This document shows positions 39,245 to 48,922 of a stretch of DNA of 64,000 nt, piece after piece. The position numbers were made by a program, and so were the translations under genes. The stretch's first letter is position 1; each line of letters starts with the position of its first letter. The notes beneath the pieces are model-generated. The model worked only from the letters and a program-made list of their open reading frames with translations, did no database searches and was not told the DNA's origin. The stretch is taken from assembly GCA_965202665.1 (NCBI GenBank), contig OZ241841.1:160001-224000 (forward strand), written 5' to 3'. This DNA comes from Candidatus Spongiisociaceae bacterium. Its GTDB lineage: Bacteria; Actinomycetota; Acidimicrobiia; Spongiisociales; Spongiisociaceae.

Positions 39245-39991
39245 CTATCGGGCGGCGGCCGGTTCCCCGCCCGGCTCGGCCGCTTCCCGCACGCAGGCCT
39301 CCACTTCTTTGACCAGTTGGTTGAGTTCGGCCTTTTCCAGTCCGGCGGTGGGGCGGGGGGCCATCACCGTCACCCGAATCGGCCCCGGCCGTATAAGTTT
39401 GCGGCCCGGAGCCCACACTTCCCGGCTGCCGACGATGGCGGTGGGCAGCACCGGAACCTGCAGGTTGCGGGCGATGGTGAAAGCCCCTTTTTTGAACTTT
39501 TTCATCCGCCCGTCCCGGGGCCGGGTTCCCTCCGGGTAGATCATCAGCGACCGCCCCAGATTCACCGCTTGGGCCGCATCCCGGTTGATCGCCCCGTGTT
39601 CGGCCCGCCCGCCGCCCCGGTCCACCCGCACCATCCCCACCGCCCGCAACGCCCCCCCGAAGACGGGAATCCGAAAAAGTTCCGCTTTGGCCAAAAACCG
39701 GATGGGGAGCGGCAGGCCCGCTAAGTGCGACATGGTGTCGAAGTTGGACAAATGGTTGGACACCACCACGTAGGAGACCCCCGGTTGGATGTGCTCCAGT
39801 CCCCGCACGGTCAGCCGCACCCCGGCCGTCCGGCAAAAAACCTTCCCCCATTGGGAGGCCATTCGGTCCATCAGCGGCGAGGCGGGGCGGAGCAGGCCGA
39901 GGATGATCACCGTCGTCCCGTAGAAGAAAGTGACCGCCCCCATCACCGCGTAGGTGAGGGCGGCGCGCAGGAGGTGAAATGGCCGCCGCAT
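39245..39991 (-). CDS. 1-acyl-sn-glycerol-3-phosphate (lysophospholipid) acyltransferase
   Basis: NHLSNFD (HX4D), FLAKAEL, YPEGTR, FKKGAF. Leaderless TAGGAT-7nt-ATG; alternative ATG at 40000. Confidence 0.9.
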   Translation of the reverse strand: MRRPFHLLRAALTYAVMGAVTFFYGTTVIILGLLRPASPLMDRMASQWGKVFCRTAGVRLTVRGLEHIQPGVSYVVVSNHLSNFDTMSHLAGLPLPIRFLAKAELFRIPVFGGALRAVGMVRVDRGGGRAEHGAINRDAAQAVNLGRSLMIYPEGTRPRDGRMKKFKKGAFTIARNLQVPVLPTAIVGSREVWAPGRKLIRPGPIRVTVMAPRPTAGLEKAELNQLVKEVEACVREAAEPGGEPAAAR

Positions 39992-40081
39992 CCGCCGCAT
40001 CCTACCGATTTTTCCGCCCCCGCCCCGCCCTCCGGTTCCGGCTTCCGACTTGCGACCGCCGGCGGCGATTACAATCGGCGC

Positions 40082-40374
40082 ATGCCCATCGACATAGACA
40101 TCGCCCATGTGGCGCGCCTGGCCCGGTTGAGCCTGACCGAGAAAGAGTTGGAAAACTACGGACGGCAGTGCGCCGACATCTTGCAACACGCCGCCCGGGT
40201 GTCGGCGGTGGACGCCTCCGGGGCGGAGCCGACCGCCCATCCGATGGCTTTGAGCAACGTTTTGCGGGAAGACGAGACGGCCCCGGAGCGGATTCTGGAC
40301 CGGGAAACGGTCTTATCCCAGGCCCCCGCCGTGGAAGACGGCCTCTTCCGGGTCCCGCCCGCTTTGGAGGAGGG

Positions 40375-40378
<4 letters not shown>
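40082..40378 (+). CDS. gatC: Asp/Glu-tRNA amidotransferase subunit C
   Basis: IAHVARLARL, PTAHP, NVLRED, APAVEDGLFRVP. Confidence 0.95.
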
Positions 40379-41855
<1,477 letters not shown>

Positions 41856-41859
<4 letters not shown>

Positions 41860-43304
41860 ACCCGGAGCCGGTGATCGGTTTGGAAACCCATGTGGAGTTG
41901 TCCACCGCCTCCAAGATGTTCTGCGGGTGCCCGGCCGATTTCCACGCCCCTCCCAACACCAACGTATGCCCGGTGTGCCTGGGCCTGCCCGGGGCGTTGC
42001 CGGTTCCCAACCGGGAGGCGATGGACCGCATCATCCGCATCGGTTTGGCCCTCAACTGCTCCATCGCCGGGCATTCGGTGTTTCACCGCAAAAACTATTT
42101 CTACGCCGACCTTCCAAAAAATTATCAGATTTCCCAGTTTGATCTGCCGGTGTGCGTGGACGGGTTTTTGGAGGTGGAGGGGGAACATCCGGTGCGGGTG
42201 GGCATCGAGCGGGTTCATCAGGAGGAGGACACCGGCAAGTCCTCCCATGTGGGGGGGGACGGCCGCATCGCCTCCGCCGATTATTCCCTGCTGGACTTCA
42301 ACCGCTCCGGGGTGCCGCTGGTGGAAATTGTGACCCGCCCCGACTTGCGTTCCGCCGCCGGGGCCCGGGCCTACGCCCAGGAACTGCGGCTGCTGGTGGA
42401 GGCGCTGGGCTTGTCCGACGCCAAACTGGAGGAGGGTTCCATCCGTTTCGACGCCAACGTGTCGGTGCGCCCCGGTCCGGACGCCCCGTTGGGAACCAAA
42501 GTGGAAATAAAAAACATGAACTCGTTCCGTTCTTTGGAGCGGGCGGTGGATTTCGAGATCGGCCGGCAGACGACCGAATTGGAGGCGGGGCGGGCCATCC
42601 TGATGGAAACCCGCCACTGGGACGAGGAGGCGGGCGTCACCCGCAGCGGCCGGGTCAAAGAGGGTTCCTCCGACTACCGCTATTTCCCCGACCCGGATTT
42701 GCCGCCCCTGCAGTTTGACGCGGCCTGGGTGGAGAAGGCGGCCAATCGCATTCCGGAGTTGCCCGCCGCCCGCCGAGCCCGCTACCGGACGCTGGGGGCG
42801 GATGCGGAGCAGGCGGCTTTGCTGGCGGTGTCCGAACCGGGCCTGCGGGACCTGTTCGAAGGGGCGGTCGCCGCCGGGGCGGAGGCGGGGACGGCCGCCA
42901 ACTGGACGACCGGGGAGGTGGTGGCGGCCCTGCGCCGGGCGGGGGACGTCCCCGTGTCCGGCACTTCCCTAACCGCCCCCCGTCTGGCGGAACTGCTGGA
43001 GATGGTGGGCGATGATTCCCTGTCTTCTTCGGCGGCCCGGGAGGTTCTGGCCGGGGTGATGGCGGGAGAGGGCTCCCCCCGGGAGGTGGCCGAAGCCCGG
43101 GATTTGCTGCAGGTTTCCGACGCCGGGCTGTTGGAGGAGGCGGTGGAGCGGGAGGCGGCCGAACACCCCGAAGAATGGGCCCGTCTCCAAGCCGGAGAGC
43201 AAAAACTGGTCGGGTTTTTCGTAGGCCGGCTGATGCGCCGCACCGGAGGCAAAGCCGACCCGAAACTGGCCGCCCGGCTAATCCGCGCCCGGGCCGGCCT
43301 GTAG
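41856..43304 (+). CDS. gatB: Asp/Glu-tRNA amidotransferase subunit B
   Basis: VIGLETHVEL, PNTNVCPVCLGLPGALP, RKNYFYADLPKNYQISQ, VEIKNMNS, DYRYFPDPDL, GKADP. Confidence 0.97.
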
Positions 43305-43537
43305 CCCCAAAACGTTTCATCCTCTTGATTGCCCCAGCGGGCGCCGCCGACCGGCATCCGAAACGGGGACGCCAACCCAAACAGCCCCCGCGCTGGCAAC
43401 CGCGCCGTTTCACTCCGCTTACCGTCGCCCGCGGGCGGCGCGACGCAAGTGGTCCGCTTAGTTTAGCAGATGGTGTAACCTAGCCGTGCGGGAGGCGCCT
43501 CCGCGCAACGGTTTGCCACTACAGGAGGGAGCAACAC

Positions 43538-43753
43538 ATGGGGCTGACAAAAGAGGACCGCGAGGTCCTAGACGCACTCGAGAACGCGGGCAAGCTCTAC
43601 GAACGCTACCTAGAGCTCTCCCGCATCACGGACCTCACCCCTGACAAAAAGGAGAGAGCACCCATCCCCCCTCCCCCACCGCCCACCGACTTCGGCTTCC
43701 GCAAGAGGCCAAACCGCTTTTGGAGTTTCCCAGATCCTTTGGGGACAAACTAG
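43538..43753 (+). CDS. Small hypothetical protein (71 aa)
   Basis: AGGAGG SD, amphipathic N-terminal half and a poly-Pro tract. First ORF of a lower-GC island. Confidence 0.55.
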   Translation: MGLTKEDREVLDALENAGKLYERYLELSRITDLTPDKKERAPIPPPPPPTDFGFRKRPNRFWSFPDPLGTN

Positions 43754-43837
43754 TCCAGTACATGCCCCTCGCCCTATGACTTGTCAACACGGTTAGTTTA
43801 GTTTTGGCCACACCCATAGCGGGAAAGGAGGACTGCC

Positions 43838-44290
43838 ATGACAACCACGGCCGATTCCGAGCAGACCACACGCAACTTTCTGTCCAGCGATGCGGTCGCT
43901 GCTTTGCTGGCTCATTATCCAGGGACTACTTTCGAGGCAAACCCAACCCAGTTGCAAGCAGGGTTCCGGCGTGTGTCCCAGGATTACCCTGAACTGCTTG
44001 GCCATGTGTCTTTTGGCAAAGTTGGCGAGTACGTCGGGTCAGCCACCATCGAGGCCGCCTTGGATAGCTTGGCGGCCACTGGATTTTATAGTCGTTACAA
44101 CAAGGATCTGGTAACCTGCGAACTAAACAAGCATAATCTATCGGAATATTACAATAACTTCCTCAAGCCCAGATTTGAGAAATCGGGCATTAGTTGTGAC
44201 AAGATTAAAGAGGCGGCTAACTTCCTATGCGAATCGCTCCAAGAAATTCGCGATTCATCCGACCTATCACTACTGATGGTGCTTGAATAA
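43838..44290 (+). CDS. Hypothetical protein, weakly YwgA/SocA-like winged helix
   Basis: AAGGAGG SD. Segment F.KVGEYVGS..IE.ALD.L...GF resembles the Y-G-P-Y-S..L...L..L...G motif of YwgA/SocA-type proteins. Family call is inference. Confidence 0.6.
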   Translation: MTTTADSEQTTRNFLSSDAVAALLAHYPGTTFEANPTQLQAGFRRVSQDYPELLGHVSFGKVGEYVGSATIEAALDSLAATGFYSRYNKDLVTCELNKHNLSEYYNNFLKPRFEKSGISCDKIKEAANFLCESLQEIRDSSDLSLLMVLE

Positions 44291-44436
44291 TGATACCCGC
44301 ATGGACCAAGAATCTGGAGGAGTTAGCTAAGGACTTAGTAGGAGATGTATCTAATATTCATTGGCCAGCCGACCGAAAGATAATCCATGACACAGTTTGG
44401 GGTACTCGGTCCCTCGAAAGCTGGGATGCCCTATAA
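44290..44436 (+). pseudogene. N-terminal stub of an HD-domain dNTP triphosphohydrolase-like gene
   Basis: ATG overlaps the upstream TAA. Encodes MIPAWTKNLEELAKDLVGDVSNIHWPADRKIIHDTVWGTRSLESWDAL*. KIIHDxVWG resembles the K.I.DP.(H/W)G start of YwfO/SAMHD1-like HD enzymes and stops before the QRLR and HD motifs. Confidence 0.55.
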
Positions 44437-44494
44437 ATCTGAAGGGCCATTAGAACACCGATTCCTACCACAATGCACAGACCCCTCGAACAAA

Positions 44495-45325
44495 TTAGGG
44501 TATTATAGGACTAGTACTGTAAGGCCTTTCCGGCATGGGCAGTAGACGACCACTTCCCTTTTCATTATAATACTTATCATCTAGTAGCCAGTGATATAAA
44601 TTAGCATATAGATAATCTGGGTGGATTTTAATCCCGGCACCACCATAACGATCTCTATGTCGGTGAACAAGAGGAAGTATGTGCTGATTAAAAACTGGAG
44701 GTGAATAGATATTTTCTCCGCATACATAAGAAAGTGTACACGATGTAACCACATCTGCTAATTGTAGTAATCTATGATGATGAGATGGAGCAGTAACTAC
44801 ATTAGGGGTAATTTTTTTCATATCTTCAAAAGGAGTCCCTTCGGCTATCAACTTCTTGCAATTATCTAATAATTCTTTGATCTCTCTAGGCCCACCGCCA
44901 GGCTGATCAGAAATCACAAATGAAGAAGAATCAAGCCTATTGATACGCTCGAGCAGTGTGACGAAAGTTGCAAACTTATGATCTGACAAACCATTTACTA
45001 TCGGCGTAGATCTCATATTAGATATAATAACTAAAGCCTTGACATCAGATTGTTTGGCCAAAGACAGAATTTTTATAAAAAATCCGGCACGATTAGGGAG
45101 AGCACGGAAACGAGAATGGTTTTTCTTTTTCTTCTTAGGAGACCACTTGAACTCGTCACTAGTTGAGAGCCCGTAACTATGGCAGGTGTCCTCTATTTGT
45201 TTTTCGAGGATGGCGACTGCATCGTGGGGAACCACAACTCCGCCCGTGGCAACCAAAGGTTCAGATTCCAATCCAGGGCGGGTTGGATTGTTCTGCTGAG
45301 CATCATCTACGAACACGAGGTTCAT
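44495..45325 (-). CDS. DUF3800-family protein (predicted RNase H-like fold)
   Basis: N-terminal acidic strand LVFVDD, EFKW, C-terminal LLQLAD (QxAD). Markedly low GC. ATGA overlap with the ribF stop. Confidence 0.75.
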   Translation of the reverse strand: MNLVFVDDAQQNNPTRPGLESEPLVATGGVVVPHDAVAILEKQIEDTCHSYGLSTSDEFKWSPKKKKKNHSRFRALPNRAGFFIKILSLAKQSDVKALVIISNMRSTPIVNGLSDHKFATFVTLLERINRLDSSSFVISDQPGGGPREIKELLDNCKKLIAEGTPFEDMKKITPNVVTAPSHHHRLLQLADVVTSCTLSYVCGENIYSPPVFNQHILPLVHRHRDRYGGAGIKIHPDYLYANLYHWLLDDKYYNEKGSGRLLPMPERPYSTSPIIP

Positions 45326-46287
45326 GGTCCTCCTCCTTTTTTCCTAGCATAGCACATGAGGAGGGGGCGGGCTTGGGTTATGTCTTTTTTTATTTGGGTT
45401 GTTAGGGCTTCTATGTTGGGGAAGGTGCGTTCGGGGCGGAGGCGAGAGACGAAGCGGACGGTTATTTTCCGTCCGTATAAATCGCCGCTCCAGTCTAGGA
45501 TGTGCAGTTCTAGGACTTCGGGGGCGGTTCCGGTGGTGAAGGTGGGGCGGACTCCGATGTTGCACACCGCAGGCAACCCGCCTTCTCCTTCCACCTCCGC
45601 TCGCACCGCGTACACTCCTCGGCCGGGAACCGCCGACTCTGGGTCCACCGTCAGGTTGGCGGTGGGGAAACCGATGGACGCCCCCCGGCCGTCGCCGCCC
45701 GCTACCGTACCCGGGACTTCGTGCTCGCGTCCTAGCAGCCGGGCCGCCTCCTCCGCCTTCCCTTCGGTTACCAGGCGCCGAATCATGGAAGAAGAAATGG
45801 GTCCTCCGTCCTCCTCCAACAACCGCACCGCCGCCACCTCGAACTCGAAACGCTCCCCCGCCCGGCGCAAGGTTTCCACATCGCCCGCTCGGTCCCGCCC
45901 GTATCGGAAATCGGTTCCCACCGTCACCAGGCGGACGGCCAAACCTTCCACCAGAACCTCCCGCACGAACCGTTCCGGCGGAACATCCCTCACCTGGGCG
46001 AAAGGCAGCACCCCCACCTCCTCCACCCCCAGCCCGGCCAACAGTTCAACCCGCCGGGAAAGGACCGTCAAAAGTTTGGGCGCCCGCTCCGGGGCCACCA
46101 CCGACAAAGGATGAACGTCGAAGGTGAGGGCGACCTCGGTCAACCCGCCCAAGAGCCGGCCCCGCTCCGACGCCCCCGCCAGCACCGCCTGATGCCCGCG
46201 ATGCACCCCGTCGAACACGCCGATGGTCACCGCCGTCCGGCCCGCCGCCAAAGGGGCCGCCAGCGGAAGCTCCAGCCAAAAAGTCAC
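45322..46287 (-). CDS. ribF: Bifunctional riboflavin kinase/FAD synthetase
   Basis: TIGVFDGVHRGHQ, LTFDVHP, ISSSMIR, GDGRG..IGFPTANL, NIGVRPTF, LRPERTF. Confidence 0.96.
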   Translation of the reverse strand: MTFWLELPLAAPLAAGRTAVTIGVFDGVHRGHQAVLAGASERGRLLGGLTEVALTFDVHPLSVVAPERAPKLLTVLSRRVELLAGLGVEEVGVLPFAQVRDVPPERFVREVLVEGLAVRLVTVGTDFRYGRDRAGDVETLRRAGERFEFEVAAVRLLEEDGGPISSSMIRRLVTEGKAEEAARLLGREHEVPGTVAGGDGRGASIGFPTANLTVDPESAVPGRGVYAVRAEVEGEGGLPAVCNIGVRPTFTTGTAPEVLELHILDWSGDLYGRKITVRFVSRLRPERTFPNIEALTTQIKKDITQARPLLMCYARKKGGGP

Positions 46288-47240
46288 GCCAGCACCACCT
46301 CGGGAACCAGGTCGGACTCCCGCTGACGGTAAATGGCCAGCAAACGGCCGCCGGACGCGATCCGCACCATCGGCCCCGGGTCGGGCGGCGGGACGCCCTC
46401 CCAATCCCATTCATCGGGCGGCCGCACCGGCAACCGGGAGCGCTCCCGGCCGGTGAAGGGGCGGCCGTGGGCCACCAGGGCCGCCGTCTCCTCGTCCGCC
46501 TCCGCCGCTGGCAGGTGGGACAAGGCCCGGTGGGGGGAAACCACCGCCCGTTGCAACGAACCCTCCTCCCCCAAACGGGACAACTCCTCCAACGTGAAGG
46601 CGTCGGCTTCGGTCAACGGCCCGGCGCGGGTGCGGCGCAGGGCGGTCAGATGGGCCCGGCCCCCCAGCGCCCGGGCCGCGTCGTCGGCCAACGACCGCAC
46701 GTAGCATCCCGCCCCGCACGCCACCCGCAGCCCCGCCTCCGGGAAGCCGGGCCTGTCCTCCGTGAAACTCTCCAACATCAGGCTGTAGATGGTCACCGGA
46801 CGGGCCGGCCGCTCCACCTCCACCCCGGACCGGGCTAAATCGTACAGCCTCCTCCCCTCCGATTTCAAGGCGGAAACCATGGGCGGAACCTGCATGATAT
46901 CGCCGGTCAAACCGGGCAGTACCCGCTCCACGTCGGCCGCCGAAACGCGCATCGGCTCCTCGGATGTCACCTCGCCTGCGGCGTCCAAAGTGTCGGTGGC
47001 CACCCCCAGCCGGGCGGCGGCGACGTACTCCTTGGGGAGGGCGGTTACGAACCGCAACAGGCGGGTGGCCCGGCCCAAACCCAACGTCAACAGGCCGGTG
47101 GCCATCGGATCCAAAGTTCCGGCATGGCCGATTTTTTTCATCCCGAAAATCCGCCGGACGGCGGCCACCGCCCCGTGCGAGGACATCCCGGCCGGTTTGT
47201 CCACCACCGCCAACCCCGCCAACGGGACCGGCCCCGGCAC
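46284..47240 (-). CDS. truB: tRNA pseudouridine(55) synthase TruB
   Basis: VDKPAGMSSH, GHAGTLDPMATG, QVPPMVSALK, GCYVRSLA. Confidence 0.96.
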   Translation of the reverse strand: MPGPVPLAGLAVVDKPAGMSSHGAVAAVRRIFGMKKIGHAGTLDPMATGLLTLGLGRATRLLRFVTALPKEYVAAARLGVATDTLDAAGEVTSEEPMRVSAADVERVLPGLTGDIMQVPPMVSALKSEGRRLYDLARSGVEVERPARPVTIYSLMLESFTEDRPGFPEAGLRVACGAGCYVRSLADDAARALGGRAHLTALRRTRAGPLTEADAFTLEELSRLGEEGSLQRAVVSPHRALSHLPAAEADEETAALVAHGRPFTGRERSRLPVRPPDEWDWEGVPPPDPGPMVRIASGGRLLAIYRQRESDLVPEVVLA

Positions 47241-47252
47241 GCCGCCCCGCCC

Positions 47253-48230
47253 CTAGCCGTCGCCGGCCAGCGACCGGCGGACATAGGAAACCACTTCCTC
47301 CATCCCCCCCCGGCAGTGGAAACCGGCCGCCCGCGCATGGCCGCCGCCGCCCATGCCCCGGGCGATGGCCGCCACGTCCACCCTCCCCCGCGAACGCAGG
47401 CTGGCCCCCCATTTCCCATCCGGGCGTTCCTTGACCAGCAAGGCCACCTCCGCCTCCCGGGCGGCCCGGATGTCGTCGATCAACCCGTCCGCCTCCTCCA
47501 CCGCCAAACCGCGGCGGCGCAGATCGTCCTGGGTGTAAAACGACCATACCAGTGAAAACTCCTCCTCCAGCGCCGCCCGGGACAGCACCTCCCCCGCCAG
47601 CCCAAGGAAAGGAAACGGGGCCGACTGGTAGACGGCCTGGCAGATCACCTCCGGGCGGGCCCCCATCTCCACCAGCCCGGCCGCCCCGGCCAAAGTGGCG
47701 GCGGTGGTGTTGGAATACTGGAAACGACCGGTGTCGGTGATGACCCCCAGCAGCAGGGCGTCCGCTATCGGGGGGGTGATTTCCCAACCAAGAGCCTCCA
47801 GCAACCGGCGGCACAGCTCGGCGGCGGCCGCCGCCGACGGATCCACCACCCGCACCTCCCCGAACTCCGCCTCCCCCAGGTGATGGTCGATCACCACCAC
47901 CGTGGCGGCCCGCTCCGCCACCTGCGACATCTCCCCGATCCGCTCCAAGTCGGCCACGTCGAAGACGACCAGGGCATCCGGGGAATCCATCACCTCCCCC
48001 GGTTCCGTCAACGGGGACAAATCCAAAAAGCCGTAGAAGCCGGGCAGGACGAACCCGCCTCCGAAGGCCGCCTGCGCCTCCAAACCGGCCCGCCGGGCGG
48101 CCAACGTCAAAGCCAAAGCCGACCCCAGGGCATCGCCGTCCGGGTTGACGTGGCCGGTGGCCACCAGCGAACCAGCGGAGCCGATCACCGCCGCCGCCCT
48201 CTCCAAACCGGCGGCCGCCGCCTCCTTCAT
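47253..48230 (-). CDS. nrnA: DHH-family phosphoesterase (NrnA-like)
   Basis: HVNPDGDALGS, IDHH, TDTGRF, SLRS, GGGGHARAAG. Between rbfA and truB. Confidence 0.9.
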   Translation of the reverse strand: MKEAAAAGLERAAAVIGSAGSLVATGHVNPDGDALGSALALTLAARRAGLEAQAAFGGGFVLPGFYGFLDLSPLTEPGEVMDSPDALVVFDVADLERIGEMSQVAERAATVVVIDHHLGEAEFGEVRVVDPSAAAAAELCRRLLEALGWEITPPIADALLLGVITDTGRFQYSNTTAATLAGAAGLVEMGARPEVICQAVYQSAPFPFLGLAGEVLSRAALEEEFSLVWSFYTQDDLRRRGLAVEEADGLIDDIRAAREAEVALLVKERPDGKWGASLRSRGRVDVAAIARGMGGGGHARAAGFHCRGGMEEVVSYVRRSLAGDG

Positions 48231-48616
48231 CCCGCCTCCCCGTTCGATCGCCGTCCCTCCCCGCCCGGAGACTCCGAATCCTGTTCCAAGCCGCGCAGGA
48301 TGCTTTCGATGCGCCGACCGTGCTCCAAGGCCGGATCCGGTTGAAAATGCAGTGCGGGCAGGTATTTCATCCGCACCTGCCCCCCCACCGCCGCCCGGAT
48401 GCGGGGGGCGGCCCCCGACAGGGCGGCGGCGGCCGCGGTCTGCGCCCGCTCGTCTCCCAAAACCGAATAGTAGACGGTGGCGTTGCGCAGGTCGGGCGAG
48501 GCGGACACGCCGGTGATGGTCAGAAAACCGAGCCGGGGGTCGGTCAGGGCGCGGCACTCGTCGGCGATCACCTCCCGCAGGATGCCGTTCACCCGTCGCA
48601 TGCGCCGGTTGCTCAC
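48227..48616 (-). CDS. rbfA: Ribosome-binding factor A
   Basis: RRMRRVN, DPRLGFLTITGV..SPDL..ATVYY, KYLPALHF. Confidence 0.95.
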   Translation of the reverse strand: MSNRRMRRVNGILREVIADECRALTDPRLGFLTITGVSASPDLRNATVYYSVLGDERAQTAAAAALSGAAPRIRAAVGGQVRMKYLPALHFQPDPALEHGRRIESILRGLEQDSESPGGEGRRSNGEAG

Positions 48617-48906
48617 AGCGGTTCCTCCAGGTAGGACACCCGCACCGCCAGCACCTCCGCCTCCTCCCACCTCTCCAAAAAACGGCGAACCGAATGGATG
48701 GCCATGTCCAACTGCGGGGCGTGCGGGGAAACCAAGCCCAGGCCGAGGGCCGCCCGTTGCCACTGGTCCTGGTGGTCCACTTCCGCTACGGCAACCGGGA
48801 ACGACTTGCGCAAGTCGGCGGACAGCCGGGACAGGCGCCGCCGTTTGGCTTTCAACGACCGGACGTCGGCCAGCCGCAGATCGACCCGGAGAGCAGCCGC
48901 GTGCAA
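48613..48906 (-). CDS. DUF503 (YlxP-like) protein
   Basis: SLKAKRR, F.VAVAEVDHQDQWQ. Between infB and rbfA. Confidence 0.88.
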   Translation of the reverse strand: MHAAALRVDLRLADVRSLKAKRRRLSRLSADLRKSFPVAVAEVDHQDQWQRAALGLGLVSPHAPQLDMAIHSVRRFLERWEEAEVLAVRVSYLEEPL

Positions 48907-48922
48907 TTCGACCCCCCGCCGG

